A stretch of 56,125 nucleotides of DNA, the filler included, from Stramenopiles sp. TOSAG23-6 (taxonomy: Eukaryota): NCBI GenBank assembly GCA_900128565.1. It is 2 parts of 2 records of this genome, joined end to end, with 100 filler letters (N's around TTAATTAATTAA, not from the genome) between each part and the next. Parts side by side here need not be neighbours in the genome. Positions count along the whole stretch, not along the records: positions 1 to 28,350 come from LT635978.1; positions 28,451 to 56,125 come from LT635979.1. One strand, written 5' to 3'. The notes below the pieces were generated by a model. The model was not told the DNA's origin and did no database searches. It was given only the letters and a program-made list of their open reading frames with translations. The position numbers and the translations under genes were made by a program. Numbering within the stretch: the stretch's first letter is position 1; each line of letters starts with the position of its first letter. Shown here in pieces: positions 22,101 through 33,580 of the stretch.

Positions 22101-23058
22101 CTCGAATACTTCGACGAGCAAGAGCAAGTCTGCCCCGTCTAGAAATTGGTGGATTTTGCTCTCCCCAAGACGCCCAACGATTAGAATCGAACCATATCGG
22201 TTTTGGTTTACCAGTTGAACCAAAGGAAAAAAGACAAGTAACCAAATCATTACCTGTTGTTTCGACCAAAGTATTGGTTTTAGTAAAATCAGCAATTTTG
22301 TTTCTTAAGGGAGACGACAAGGTTACTTTTGTTTGTTCTTTTACTAGTAAATTACGAGAATACATTGTTGTAAATATGGAAATTCNCGTTTCACTTAAAA
22401 GTTCTTGCCATTCANCTTCGCAGGCNGCATCGACAATAACTGCTCCAATCACACGTCCCACAATTTTGGCAGCTTCCTGAGCTGATAAAAATACACTATT
22501 CGNATCTACTGATGAATCTGCAGCAATTGACGGAAGTCCAGCCAATGTACAAGCCCAATCTGAAATAAGCCAGCCAACTGAATTTGTTGCACAAATTAGG
22601 ATAGCAACTCTATCGGGGTTGAAAATGGCACAACTTTGATATAATTCAGACGCAAATGTTTGAGTGGCAATGCCACAATCATGGTAATTGAACCAATGTA
22701 CTGAGCCGTCGTTGCATGGCTCACCTAGTAGAGGTCGCTCAGCGTATGTTACAAAAGCTCGTCTAACCATTTCCCGAGGATGCACTACTGTCGAAGAATC
22801 GATATTATTAGACTCAAACGATTCGCGAAAGCATCTGGCTCGCAGTACATACGGCGATGCATCATCACGGTACATACATGCACTACACTGCGGACAAGTA
22901 ATACCACATGAAGTACACAAATGTATGTCGTCACACTGTGTCCTTTGGCAGCGACGGCGGGGTGATATTGCTAGAATTTCAGCTTTGCACGCGTCGCATG
23001 TGCTATCCGCTCCCTGGCACCACATTTTAGGATTTCGACTGAAAGCCAGTGGTGCCAT
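19148..23058 (-). CDS. Carboxylic-acid-reductase-like NRPS enzyme (Cys-rich N-terminus, adenylation, carrier, thioester reductase); exons 23058-19836 and 19746-19148
   Basis: FSFGSTGKPK, NGYAMTE, WFHTGDLG, GKLRR (A domain); LGGDS (phosphopantetheine Ser); LLTGATGFLG and GYARSK (SDR reductase). Confidence 0.85.
19747..19835 (-). other. Family intron ending in canonical AG (89 bp)
   Basis: GTATGTTTT...GTACCTAAC...CCAAAATACAG; removal gives AAAA-S-RGKIQLVIVRLG. Confidence 0.85.
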
Positions 23059-23457
23059 ACTTTAAATAACTTCCTTATAGTTTAAGATAAGAAGTATAAT
23101 TATAGCGAATGCTGAATATTTAGCTCACTACTACTACTAGAAAAATAAAGGCTACTAAAAGCCAGAAAGTACAAAGCGTGGTGTTGTGATGTCTAGTCGA
23201 ACCAATTATTGACCGGAGCCGACTATTTTCATTGTTTTTTTTCTGGATTTCGTGTGCATCTTGGAGCGATATTGTACTACATACTATTTAATTGAATTAT
23301 AACATTTAAACATTGTGTTTCGATAATATGGTAGTCACAAGTATAATGCTTGTGATGATATAGAGTGTATGAAGTTACAGTGATTTGATTTTCATATTTT
23401 TACATTTTGAAAGTTCGTTTATAAATAATCAAGTGTTATGAAAAATAAATAAGAACG

Positions 23458-23685
23458 TATTCTCACACACAACCACTCTTTGTTATATATATACTTCATT
23501 TTATTCTCACACATAACCACTCTTTGTTATATATATATTTCATTTTATATACTCACACACAACCACTCTTTGTTATATATATACTTCATTTTATATTCTC
23601 ACACACAACCACTCTTTGTTATATATATTTCATTTTATTCTCACACACAACCACTCTTTGTTATATATATACTTCATTTTATATA
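23458..23685. repeat. Minisatellite, ~5 copies of a 44-48 bp unit
   Basis: TATTCTCACACACAACCACTCTTTGTTATATATAT(AC)TTCATTTTA repeated. Confidence 0.9.
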
Positions 23686-26042
23686 CGAACTCCGTTGGCT
23701 TCAATAATAGCATTTTCTCCAGCATTCAAANCATTTGCTGGTGTTGGAGCAGGTGTTTGTTTCTGTTCATCTGCAGCAAGTTGGTTAAAGGCTCCTGCAA
23801 GATTGACATTCTCTCCATATGTGAAAGGAACTGGATCATGGTTGTCGCCACTTGCATCTGTGTCACTCTCACTTGCATCTGTCTCACTCTCACTTGCATC
23901 TGTCTGACTCTCACTTGCATCTGTGTCACTCTCACTTGCATCTGTGTCACTTTCATCTGCGACTTCTTCTTCCAATTTTCTTCGATCATCCCAGTTTGCA
24001 TTAGTAAAATACGATTCAGCCTCTGCAGAAAAATTGATACTCGGTGATTCACCATTAGAAATGGCATTAGCATTCGCATCAACAAAAGTGTTCTCATTAA
24101 CATCAGTCGCATCAGTGGCATCACCATCAATGGATTCCGCAAAGCCACTATTATCCATGGACTCAGATTCTGCAAAACTATTATCATCAGCATTTCCTTC
24201 ATCAAGTGCAATGTCACCAGCATTTTCTCCATCAAATGTAGTGTCATTCGCATTTTCTTCACCAAGTGTATCATCATTAATGTTTGTTTCAGCAGGATTG
24301 CCCATGATATCAAAACCATCAGCCCCACTGAAGGATTCACCACCAAAATCATCAAAATCATCAAAATCATCATCAGCAAAGTCATCAAGATCATCATTCA
24401 AGAAGTAATCATCAACTGTATCATCGATATTATTTTCTATATCAATGGAATCCAAAGTATCATTACTGGACTGTAAAGCATTTTTCATATCTTGAAGCAC
24501 GTCGGCTTCCAAAGAATCTACTANAGATGTACCAGGGGCTGAAGTAGTATTCTGGCTATTACTTTCGGGGGTTGCTTCCAATCTCCTTTCTTCGCCGTTT
24601 TCNAATGCACTATTGATTGCAGTATTAGCCTTGTCAACATTTGCTTGTGTGCATATACACNTTATTTCATCGTTATCCTCGAAGACCTGACCTTCATAAG
24701 AACATCCATATAGGAGCTCTCCAACACAGTCATAATTTCCAGATTCTTCACCAGAATAGTCATCAGATTCATCATCAGATTCACTTTTGCCACCATCTCC
24801 AGATTCTTCACCAGAATAGTCATTTATGAGATCATCATACATGTCTAATCTTCTTTTGCCATTGTTACCACCATCATCAGCACCACCGGTACCATCATCA
24901 CTACCACCACCATCGCCAACACCAGNGGCAGCACCACCACTATCACCAGTATCACTACCACCAGTATCACTACCACCAGTATCACTACCACCTGTATCAC
25001 CACCGGTACCATCCTCATTGTTACCATCATCACCTGCAGCATCACCACCACCACCATAAATGCCACTATTGGCACGCTCAACTTCTTCCTCGGTGCATCC
25101 TTCGCTACAAGGAATCCCATTAGCATCTTTAAGGACTTGATCTTTAATCAAACAAGTATCTACAAGACTTTCTCTGTTTTGGCATTCTAAAGAAACACCA
25201 TCATCATTGTTACCACCATCATCAATTGCATCATCACCATAATTATCACCATCATCAATTACATCATCACCTGCATCATCACCTGAATCATCACCTGCAT
25301 CACCATAATTATCACCATCATCACCATAATTATCACCATCATCACCATAATTATCACCATCATCAATTGCATCATCATCTGCATCATCAACTGCATCACC
25401 ATCGTAATCATCACCATCATAATCATCACTATCATAAACACCACCATCATCACTTACATCATCACCATCATCATCAACTGCATCACCATCGTAATCAGCA
25501 CCTAAATCATCACTTGAATCATCACAATCATCACCACCATCATCATCAATCGCATCAATCATTCTTTCAATTTTTTGAGCGTTGTCTATAAGAGCTTGTG
25601 TACATTTGCACAACTCATTACCCTCGACATCTGTGAGTGGTTGACCTACAGATTCACATGTGATACACTTGGCGAATTCCACGTTTTCCTTGGAGCATAC
25701 ACACACATTGCCACAGGTATCTTCGACTTCCAGATCAACAGAGTCACAGCTATATAGGACGATTCCTATAGCGCAATCACTCTCAGAAGGCTCAGAAGTA
25801 TAGTTATTACCGTTGTTATCAGCATCTTCACCCTCACTAACTTCAATAACAGGAGTACTTTGATCGTTTTCCGTTTTATCCTCAAGTACCCTCAATTTTC
25901 TTAAAACGTTTGTGCTTCCTGTGCTTCTTATTCTTGATTGAGTTTCATATGCGATGATAGTGAAAGCAAATAATGTTACAATCAAAACCCCTTTCGCAAA
26001 TGGTTTATGTTGAGCATAAGATTTTTGCTTCGCTTTTGTCAT
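23679..26042 (-). CDS. Highly acidic Asp/Gly-rich extracellular protein with N-terminal membrane anchor, Cys-rich modules and RRL motifs
   Basis: N-terminal hydrophobic helix; DDGDNYG, GGSDT and DASESxT repeats; Cys modules of type LY(S/G)C...CxC; KRRLD, ERRLE, RRKLE. Confidence 0.75.
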   Translation of the reverse strand: MTKAKQKSYAQHKPFAKGVLIVTLFAFTIIAYETQSRIRSTGSTNVLRKLRVLEDKTENDQSTPVIEVSEGEDADNNGNNYTSEPSESDCAIGIVLYSCDSVDLEVEDTCGNVCVCSKENVEFAKCITCESVGQPLTDVEGNELCKCTQALIDNAQKIERMIDAIDDDGGDDCDDSSDDLGADYDGDAVDDDGDDVSDDGGVYDSDDYDGDDYDGDAVDDADDDAIDDGDNYGDDGDNYGDDGDNYGDAGDDSGDDAGDDVIDDGDNYGDDAIDDGGNNDDGVSLECQNRESLVDTCLIKDQVLKDANGIPCSEGCTEEEVERANSGIYGGGGDAAGDDGNNEDGTGGDTGGSDTGGSDTGGSDTGDSGGAAXGVGDGGGSDDGTGGADDGGNNGKRRLDMYDDLINDYSGEESGDGGKSESDDESDDYSGEESGNYDCVGELLYGCSYEGQVFEDNDEIXCICTQANVDKANTAINSAXENGEERRLEATPESNSQNTTSAPGTSXVDSLEADVLQDMKNALQSSNDTLDSIDIENNIDDTVDDYFLNDDLDDFADDDFDDFDDFGGESFSGADGFDIMGNPAETNINDDTLGEENANDTTFDGENAGDIALDEGNADDNSFAESESMDNSGFAESIDGDATDATDVNENTFVDANANAISNGESPSINFSAEAESYFTNANWDDRRKLEEEVADESDTDASESDTDASESQTDASESETDASESDTDASGDNHDPVPFTYGENVNLAGAFNQLAADEQKQTPAPTPANXLNAGENAIIEANGVRI

Positions 26043-26342
26043 TGTCTTTTTCTTTGTCTCGTAAAGGTTCGCTTTCCTTAGAGTACTAAGTTGTCTACAG
26101 AACGCCGACCGTTAAAATAACACAAAAACAAGGAAACAAGAACAGAATGTAACGTCAATTTTTTGCGCATTTGTTACCCGGTACTTTATATTTTAAAATG
26201 AAAAAATTGACAGCTATTTTGAGCCACACACGAATCTATCATCAACACTGTTAACTTTGACTACGTAATCCAGTAAGTAGGTACAAGTGTCAAGTGCTCA
26301 GCATACAATAATTCTTCTTTTTCTCTATAAAGGTGGTCTACA

Positions 26343-28292
26343 ATGACGGACTACATGGCAGAACTGATTACAGAGACAGGGTTGGCTGTGCCTGCACCGA
26401 ATACTATGCGAGGGCATCGTACTCCTATTTCTGTAAACGCTAAAGATGGGGACACGTTTGCATACGGCGCAAAAAAGATGACAGTCATCCGTAGTTTACG
26501 TACGCCGTCTACTTCTTTGGTTGACACGAATCATCAAGAAACAGTCCGTGTTGCTCGATTTGATAAAAGTGGTTCTTGGGTAGCAAGTGCAGACGTAACA
26601 GGAGTACTCCGCGTGTGGGCTTGGAAACGGGAGGATCATTTATTGAAAAAGGAAAGTCGACCAATTGCAGGAGAGGTTACAGATTTGGCTTGGGATTCCG
26701 ACTCAAAGCGCATCGCTGTAGTTGGAAAAGCCCGGGGATGCAAAGGCAAAGTTGTTGGATGGGACACAGGATCGGCGATGGGTGAGCTTACGCAACACAC
26801 TAAAAATATCAATTGTTGTTCTTTCCGTCAATCTCGTCCGTTTCGTGTGTGTACTGGAGGAGAAGATAGAAATGTCATTTTGCATCAAGGACCTCCGTTC
26901 AAAGTGCTTTTGCGTAATAAGGCCGGACATAAAAATTATGTAAATGCTATGGCATACAGTCCTGATGATTCTGTATTTGCTACGGGATCATCAGATACTC
27001 GTATTCGCATATGGGACGGGAAAACTGGAGAAAAACTAAAGCAAATGGCCTGTACGTTTTTCAACCAAATGTCTACTTTTTTTTGTTACGAAATTTCATA
27101 CCTAACATTTTTTTTTTCCCTTTTCAAATGAATGACTAGAATGTATCGTTCAATTTGAAGTTTATTTTTATACCACATTCTCTGTATCTAAACATATTTT
27201 CGAATTGTGCATATTTCTTTACTGTACACGGAAAGGTGAAAATCCTGGACACGTAGGTTCCGTGATGGATTTGTGCTGGTCAGAGGATGGAAAAACAGTA
27301 ATTTCCTGTGGTAGTGACAAAAAACTTTGCTGGTATGATCTTGAAACACGAGCGTGTTTGAATGAGTGTATTGTCCGTGATAAAGTTACCGTGACTTCGT
27401 TTCCAGATCTAAAACCGCAAGTCCATCATCAGCTGGTTAGTGTTTCTCGGTGCGTTTTCATTTCAATTTCGAATTTGGTTTTTTTTTCGTACGAAATTTT
27501 GTACCTAACGATTTTTTTTGAAATATTTTTTCATAATCCATGTGCGGCGATAAATTATTAGTAGGCTCTCTTGCTGGAGATATCAATGTCATTGAAGCTA
27601 CAGATGGCACATTTGTCGACACTATATATAGTCATACATCTATGGTATCTAAAAATAGTCTTGTACTCGCATCCGATGGGAAAACAGTTTATTCAGGAGA
27701 TCTTGGTGGTATGATTTTCTGTTGGGATGTTACTGCTGATTACCTTCAGCTTTCACGATTACCTGGTTATGCTGTGCCTGACGATAACCGAATGGCACAT
27801 GATGGTTGTGTGCAAGGTATCGCAGCTCTTACTAACAATTGTCTTTTGTCTGTTGGTAATGATGACACGTGTCGTGTTTGGATGAATGGAGTCTCAGCAG
27901 GTGTTGGGGATAAACTTGGAGGCCAACCACGTTCTATGGTGTCTGTTGGTCCTTCTGATAAGGCTACTATGGCCATTATTGTGACTTCGAAAAATAAAGT
28001 TCTTACGGTCAATGGGTCAGGGAAAATTATTTCATCATTCGATTTACCTTATTCTGCTAGTAATGCTCTTGCTGTGTCTGTAACTGGAACTGAAATTGCT
28101 ATTGGTTCATCTCAAAGAGGTAGAGGTGTAATGCATAGATATGAACTTGTTGATGGCGTAATTGGCAATGAGCTTCAAAAAGTCTGTGGTAATGCAGAAT
28201 ATTATGAGAATGCTGAAGACGCAGAGTATTCTCCGGATGGCACGATGTTGGCTGTTGGCTGGGGAAAAGGAGAAGTTTCGCTATATGAAAGT
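26343..28292 (+). CDS. WDR1: WD40-repeat actin-interacting protein 1 (AIP1/WDR1)-like; exons 26343-27051, 27230-27449, 27542-28292; truncated at contig end
   Basis: PAPNTMRG, VASADVTG.LRVW, WDSDSKRIAVVG, WDTGSAMGEL..H, RPFR..TGGED, GPPFK hallmark motifs. Confidence 0.8.
27052..27229 (+). other. Family intron, GT-AC (178 bp; possibly two abutting units split at 27142/27143)
   Basis: GTACGTTTT...ATACCTAAC...GAAT|GTATCG...TGTACAC; removal gives KQMA-W-KGENPGH. Confidence 0.65.
27450..27541 (+). other. Non-canonical GT-AT intron (92 bp)
   Basis: GTGCGTTTT...TCGTACGAAATTTTGTACCTAAC...ATAATCCAT; removal gives QLVSVSR-CGDKLLVGSLAG; downstream AGs are out of frame. Confidence 0.8.
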
Positions 28293-28350
28293 GTATGTTT
28301 TATTTTTTTTCAAATTCGAATTTTTTTTTCGTACGAAATTTTGTACCTAA
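28293..28350 (+). other. Partial family intron at contig end
   Basis: GTATGTTTT...TCGTACGAAATTTTGTACCTAA followed by Ns. Confidence 0.8.
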
Positions 28351-28450
28351 NNNNNNNNNNNNNNNNNNNNNNNNNNNNNNNNNNNNNNNNNNNNTTAATT
28401 AATTAANNNNNNNNNNNNNNNNNNNNNNNNNNNNNNNNNNNNNNNNNNNN
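28351..28450. other. Artificial contig linker / assembly gap
   Basis: 44 N + TTAATTAATTAA (stops in six frames) + 44 N. Confidence 0.9.
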
Positions 28451-28513
28451 TTTTTTTTCGTACGAAATTTTGTACCTAACAAATTTTTTTTGAAATATTT
28501 TTCCAAAATATAT
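28451..28513 (+). other. Partial family intron at contig start (3' end TAT)
   Basis: TCGTACGAAATTTTGTACCTAAC...CCAAAATATAT followed by an open frame continuous with the ankyrin ORF. Confidence 0.75.
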
Positions 28514-29700
28514 ACACTCGTCAAGGTTTTATAGATTTTTATGGGAAGAAAAAAGGAATAGCAAACTGGAATAATGCTGTAGGGAAACCTAATAAAAGTA
28601 AAACAGATACTAAAACTCAAGGAAATTTTTCAATTAGTAAACACTTCAACATTATGCAGATGTCATCCGAGAATCAGCAGAACAAGGGTCAGATGACTAG
28701 CGAAAGATCAATAAATGGAGAAGTTTTGTGTGATACTCAACAAAATCGAAATTTGTTAGTTACGAAATCCATGAATGATCAAATAGATGATGTAGCGGAA
28801 GGTATAGTTTCGTATTCATCTGATGCGAACGACGTCGATATAATGAAACAAAAAAGTAAGTCAAATACAAATACAAATCAGAAACAAAATAAAATTAAGT
28901 CAAATACAAATGTGGAAAAAAATAAAATTAAGCCAAATGCAAATGTTGAACACCAACCAATGTTTGACTCCGTATTTGGTCCTAATTCTCCTGCTGGTCG
29001 TCGCCACATTATGGATGAAGATATGATTCTATATTCACCAAATACGATTAATATTGAAAAGAAGCAACTAAAAGAAAAGTCTAGAATTTCGAAAGTTCAT
29101 ACATCAGTGAATATCTCACCACCGACACCTCCGATTGCATTATCAGAACCTATATCTGATCCAGTAGTAAATCAGAATAATTCCACTAATCCAGTAGTAC
29201 ATCAGAATAATTCAACCGACACCTTACTTCTTTCAAATGAAAATGTGCTAAATACCACAACACAAAAAAAAACACAAAAAAAAGCAATACCTAATGTAAA
29301 GACTAACAAAACAAATAAAAGTAGTAAAAAGAAAAAAAATGATAGAAAATTAACAAAGAAAGAATTGGACCATAAACTTCATGAAGCTGCGAGAAAAGGT
29401 CGACCTCAAACTGTGAAGTACTTCATTGATGCTGGTGCAGATGTAAATTCTAGAGATTCTCGAAAGGGATACACGGCACTCCATCAGGCGGCATGGTACG
29501 GTCATCGTGCTGTAGTGCAAGTATTACTTAATCAGGGTGCAAGACCTCAAGTAGTAAACTTTCGCGGCGAAACAGCTGTAGATGCAGCGTCTCTTGCAGG
29601 AAGACCGGATATGGTAGAACTTATGAAGGATGCACTTGGTCCAACTGATTTCTTTGCTCCTGTAGAGGCTTCGGATAATGATAGTAGTAGTACTATATAA
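28514..29700 (+). CDS. Ankyrin-repeat protein (last exon; 5' part missing)
   Basis: LHEAARKG, GYTALHQAAWYGH, GETAVDAA ankyrin motifs; frame is open upstream of ATG 28654 to the intron end (TRQGFIDFYGKKKGIANWNNA). Confidence 0.8.
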
Positions 29701-29790
29701 ATATTATATAATATAATTAGATATTCATCTTTAAAGATAGTGATTGTCGTGTAACATTTTTTTTAATTTATTTGATAGTAATAGGTATGG

Positions 29791-31731
29791 CTAAAATGCA
29801 TATTTAACATTTAAATTACCACCATATGAATGCTTTCTTCGCATTGGAATTTCATCTCCTTTATTAACATTATCATTTATTATCCTATTTGTAATGTTTG
29901 AGGTATTAGATTTCTTTCTTTGTTGCGCTGATGATACCCTGGTAATCTTTGAAGGTTGAAATTTTTTTCTCTGTCGCGCTGCTGATGCCGCACTAGCTCG
30001 TATTCTGGCATTTCCTCTAGTACTATTAGTTTGCACACGATAAATCTTATTACTATAGCTACTATGTGAAACCTCTTTATTTATCTGTTGAACAACTTTA
30101 ACGGCATTTAGTGCAGACCCACTAGCTACAAGCGGGGAAACATCTTGATAATCTGGGTGAGATGTACCTTTTGATGTTGCTTTAATTGCAGCGGCAAGAG
30201 CTCCAGGAATGGTATTAAAATCAATATCCTCGTTATCATTTTGAAATCCTTTTTCTAGTTTCTGTACAGGAGAACTCCAAATCCCTTCCATTAAATGCGA
30301 TCGCTTCTCAAACGGAGATACACTTGTGCTTATTGAATTTTCTCTTTTTTTGCTATCTGGTATTTTTACTGGAGTTTTCACAACGTTTTCCCATATTTCA
30401 TCTATAGACATTTGCATTTCTAATAAGCCTTTAGGTTTTACTTTTTGAGATATCATATTATCATTATTCATATCATCATCCCTTGTATTTTTTATATCTT
30501 TTGTATCTTTTGCATCATTTGTATCTATTGCATTTGTTGTATGTTTTGTATCTATTGTATCTATTGGACTTTCTTGACTTGATGGTTTTTTACTACTGTG
30601 GTGGAGAGCAAAACCAATGGTACTATTTTTATTACTAACAGGAAAATTTTCACTAATATTGTTTTGCAAAATGACATTATTATCATTATTGATACTAGTG
30701 GCGTTGACTTTGCATTCAATGGGAATATCTCCGACATTTTCTTCATCATTAATCATCCCATGATCTTCAATTATTTCCATTCTATTCTCAATATTTCTAA
30801 TTTTTTCCTCAATTTGTAATTTTTTTTCTTCTATATCAACATTTTTATATTGATCATCATCATCCATTAATAATGCTCTTAACTCATCTTCCAGAATTTG
30901 CATTTCTTCATCTAACTGTTCATATTCATGTAAAAGTTTGGAATGATCTACTTTATCTATATAGACTATTTCATGATGCGGTATGTTCGAATCTTTTGAT
31001 GTTTCTGAAGGTTGGTTTCGATTAGTTTCAGAAGGTTGGCTTCGATTAGTTCCAGATAGCGCTTCCTCTAGTTTAACATTGGCTTGATGAAAGCTTTTGT
31101 TTCTACTATAAGAGAAATCAACAAAACTCGTTTTTTTAGATTGGCGATTCACATGTGAATGTTTTAAATGGTCCGATATTTGAAATGTTGTTGACATTTT
31201 TGAAGCGACTGAAGATGAATTTTCAGAAAACTGACTTTTCAATAAACTCTCATCAGGGACAGGGACAGCAATGTCACTTGTGTGGGTTGCAGCTAGTTTC
31301 TGTGAAGAATGATCAACACTTTCATGTGCAGTCAGCACGTATGCAACCGCATCTGCGGCAGCTGCAGCCAAACTATCAGCATCTTTGACGTGATCGAAAT
31401 CGAAAACATCAAGACCTGCTGCGACAGCGCTTGCTTTATTACCTGTTGAACGAGCACACTGGATGAGTTGTTTGTCCCGCTCTTTCCGCCAATTACGAGA
31501 GATCCGAATAATGCCATGTTTATCAAATGAATCCCGCCGTCGATTTAAGCGCTCCAACCAATTGTCAGACGCAGATGTATGTGGTTGGCTGTCTAACGAT
31601 AATGAAGGAGATCTATCACCACGAGAAAAAGCCCTTCGAGCATTAAAACGAGTCTGGGTCAATGGTGAATTTATAAAGCCCTTTAGACCGCTTCCACGAC
31701 TTTTGAGCTGCTCACGTGAAAGGACACTCAT
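29791..31731 (-). CDS. Hypothetical low-complexity/coiled-coil protein
   Basis: 646-aa ORF, no recognised motif. Confidence 0.65.
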   Translation of the reverse strand: MSVLSREQLKSRGSGLKGFINSPLTQTRFNARRAFSRGDRSPSLSLDSQPHTSASDNWLERLNRRRDSFDKHGIIRISRNWRKERDKQLIQCARSTGNKASAVAAGLDVFDFDHVKDADSLAAAAADAVAYVLTAHESVDHSSQKLAATHTSDIAVPVPDESLLKSQFSENSSSVASKMSTTFQISDHLKHSHVNRQSKKTSFVDFSYSRNKSFHQANVKLEEALSGTNRSQPSETNRNQPSETSKDSNIPHHEIVYIDKVDHSKLLHEYEQLDEEMQILEDELRALLMDDDDQYKNVDIEEKKLQIEEKIRNIENRMEIIEDHGMINDEENVGDIPIECKVNATSINNDNNVILQNNISENFPVSNKNSTIGFALHHSSKKPSSQESPIDTIDTKHTTNAIDTNDAKDTKDIKNTRDDDMNNDNMISQKVKPKGLLEMQMSIDEIWENVVKTPVKIPDSKKRENSISTSVSPFEKRSHLMEGIWSSPVQKLEKGFQNDNEDIDFNTIPGALAAAIKATSKGTSHPDYQDVSPLVASGSALNAVKVVQQINKEVSHSSYSNKIYRVQTNSTRGNARIRASAASAARQRKKFQPSKITRVSSAQQRKKSNTSNITNRIINDNVNKGDEIPMRRKHSYGGNLNVKYAF

Positions 31732-32100
31732 TTCTTTGATTGAAGCAAAGCCATTGAAATATTATCATTTCATTATGCAATTAATGAAAACGGTTGTTCG
31801 TGCTAATACCATCATACACCAATTTGTTATAAAAAGCTTCGTTAGAAAGTAATAAATATATAATATAGCTAGTAGTATATATAGCTATATAATTAGTTAA
31901 CGGTTACTTGGCAGTTACGTACATATGACTTTACTAAACTACTACGAACTGTCTCAAAGGTAGTACTACTCTAGCTAGGATACATGTATACTATTAGCTA
32001 GTCTACTTTACAGATTGTAATAATGATGCCATTCTATTTCATTTGATACCCAAAAACATACTAGATAGTAGTCTAATACCCATTCATAAGCCTAAGGCCG

Positions 32101-33444
32101 ATGAGATTAGTGAAGAAACCGTCACTAATTTCTCAACACACCCTTCGAATACTCAAAAAAAATAATTGTGACACTAGCTCTGCTGTGATTATCCATGAAG
32201 GAAATTGGGGGAGTAGAGACTCTGTGCAACGGCGAAATAGAAGACTTGAATATGGAAACCATAAAAGGGGTATTGTCAAGAAAAAGAGTAGTATCCAAAA
32301 AGTCAAGAAAAAGAGTAGTAACCAAAAAGAGCAGCCTGCAACAGTGGTAAAAAGAAGTACACCCTATGAACAGCGCGAAGAAAAACAATCAAGTAAAGAT
32401 GGCAAAACCTCTACTAAAAAATCTTTAGAGAAAGCTTTGGAGCATCAAAAAAAAAAGCGCATTATGCTTCAACTTAGACATATGGAACACCAGAGGCGTT
32501 TGGAAAAAACGCGCCTTAAAGCTCGAAGGAAAATCTCAAAACAATTTCCAAGCCATTGGAGACACAAACCAAAACGCAACATTAATGCACCTATTCACAT
32601 AGAATCAACAAAGCACGTATCAGGTGGTCATCCTCCATTTGATTTCTCAGTTGGTACAATGCATTCAAATTATATCAAGTATATTTCTAAAGCTGTCGAA
32701 AACGAAGAAAAAGCTTTAGGAACTTATACTGGAAATGATGATTTGATTCAAAGACATGAGTCTGGTTGGGCGCCACGCGTTCTACACAAGATCAATCCAT
32801 CATTTGAAAAAGATAGAATAAATGGAACGCTAGTCTTGAAAAATCCTCAAAAGGTTGTTCAAGACATAAATGCAGCCCGACTTGAAAAGAATGTTAATTT
32901 ATCTTCCAAAAAGGTTCTTTTAAAGACGCGACATAAACTTGCAAGCGAATTGAAAGAAACTTCTAATACATTAAGAAAACAAATCCGTCGAAAACATAAA
33001 CGCGATAGAAAAAGTGTACTAAAATCAGCATTAAGTATGTTTCATGATGATATTGATCTTTCACTTTATAAGCATCAACGAAAAAAGAAAGTATCTATTT
33101 TGGATTCAAAAGTTTCCAAACAAGGTAAAACGAAAAAGAAAGTTCAATGTTCAAAAAAAGGAAAAAAAAAAGTCCATGTTGGGAAATTTTCCATCTATAA
33201 AGGCAAACCATCACCTTTAAAGCATAGTATGAATTCAAGTAGCATGAAATCTATTCTACGTTCATCAGGTGATGTTTTCAGATATCCCAAACTAATGAAA
33301 AGTACCGCCCAAATTATGAATACTACAATTAAAGAGAAGAATAAAATGAACATACCTGAAAGAGTTGCACGTGCTATTACTTCAGAAAGAGACTTACAGT
33401 GTAAAGTCAAGGAACATTTAAGTCGTGTACATGTACGAGAGTAA
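32101..33444 (+). CDS. Hypothetical lysine-rich protein
   Basis: 447-aa ORF, no recognised motif. Confidence 0.6.
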   Translation: MRLVKKPSLISQHTLRILKKNNCDTSSAVIIHEGNWGSRDSVQRRNRRLEYGNHKRGIVKKKSSIQKVKKKSSNQKEQPATVVKRSTPYEQREEKQSSKDGKTSTKKSLEKALEHQKKKRIMLQLRHMEHQRRLEKTRLKARRKISKQFPSHWRHKPKRNINAPIHIESTKHVSGGHPPFDFSVGTMHSNYIKYISKAVENEEKALGTYTGNDDLIQRHESGWAPRVLHKINPSFEKDRINGTLVLKNPQKVVQDINAARLEKNVNLSSKKVLLKTRHKLASELKETSNTLRKQIRRKHKRDRKSVLKSALSMFHDDIDLSLYKHQRKKKVSILDSKVSKQGKTKKKVQCSKKGKKKVHVGKFSIYKGKPSPLKHSMNSSSMKSILRSSGDVFRYPKLMKSTAQIMNTTIKEKNKMNIPERVARAITSERDLQCKVKEHLSRVHVRE

Positions 33445-33580
33445 ATTAGTTCATAAAGTGAAATAAAAAAGAATTAACAAAGAAATAAGATACTGTACGT
33501 CTATATATATATAATTTAATCGATTCAATACATTCAAGTAAATTAAATATCGCTACAAGATCATGAAATGTTCAAAAATC

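Noticed and set aside
22387-24927. Scattered single N bases
   Set aside because: Consensus ambiguities (polymorphism or low coverage), not a biological signal.
23726-25591. Met-rich and His-rich overlapping ORFs
   Set aside because: Alternative-frame shadows of GAT/GGT repeats in the acidic gene.
28351-28450. TTAATTAATTAA palindrome in the gap, and apparent continuity of the WDR1 and ankyrin genes through one intron
   Set aside because: The symmetric N-flanked six-frame-stop linker is artificial; the two sides need not be adjacent, so no fusion is inferred.
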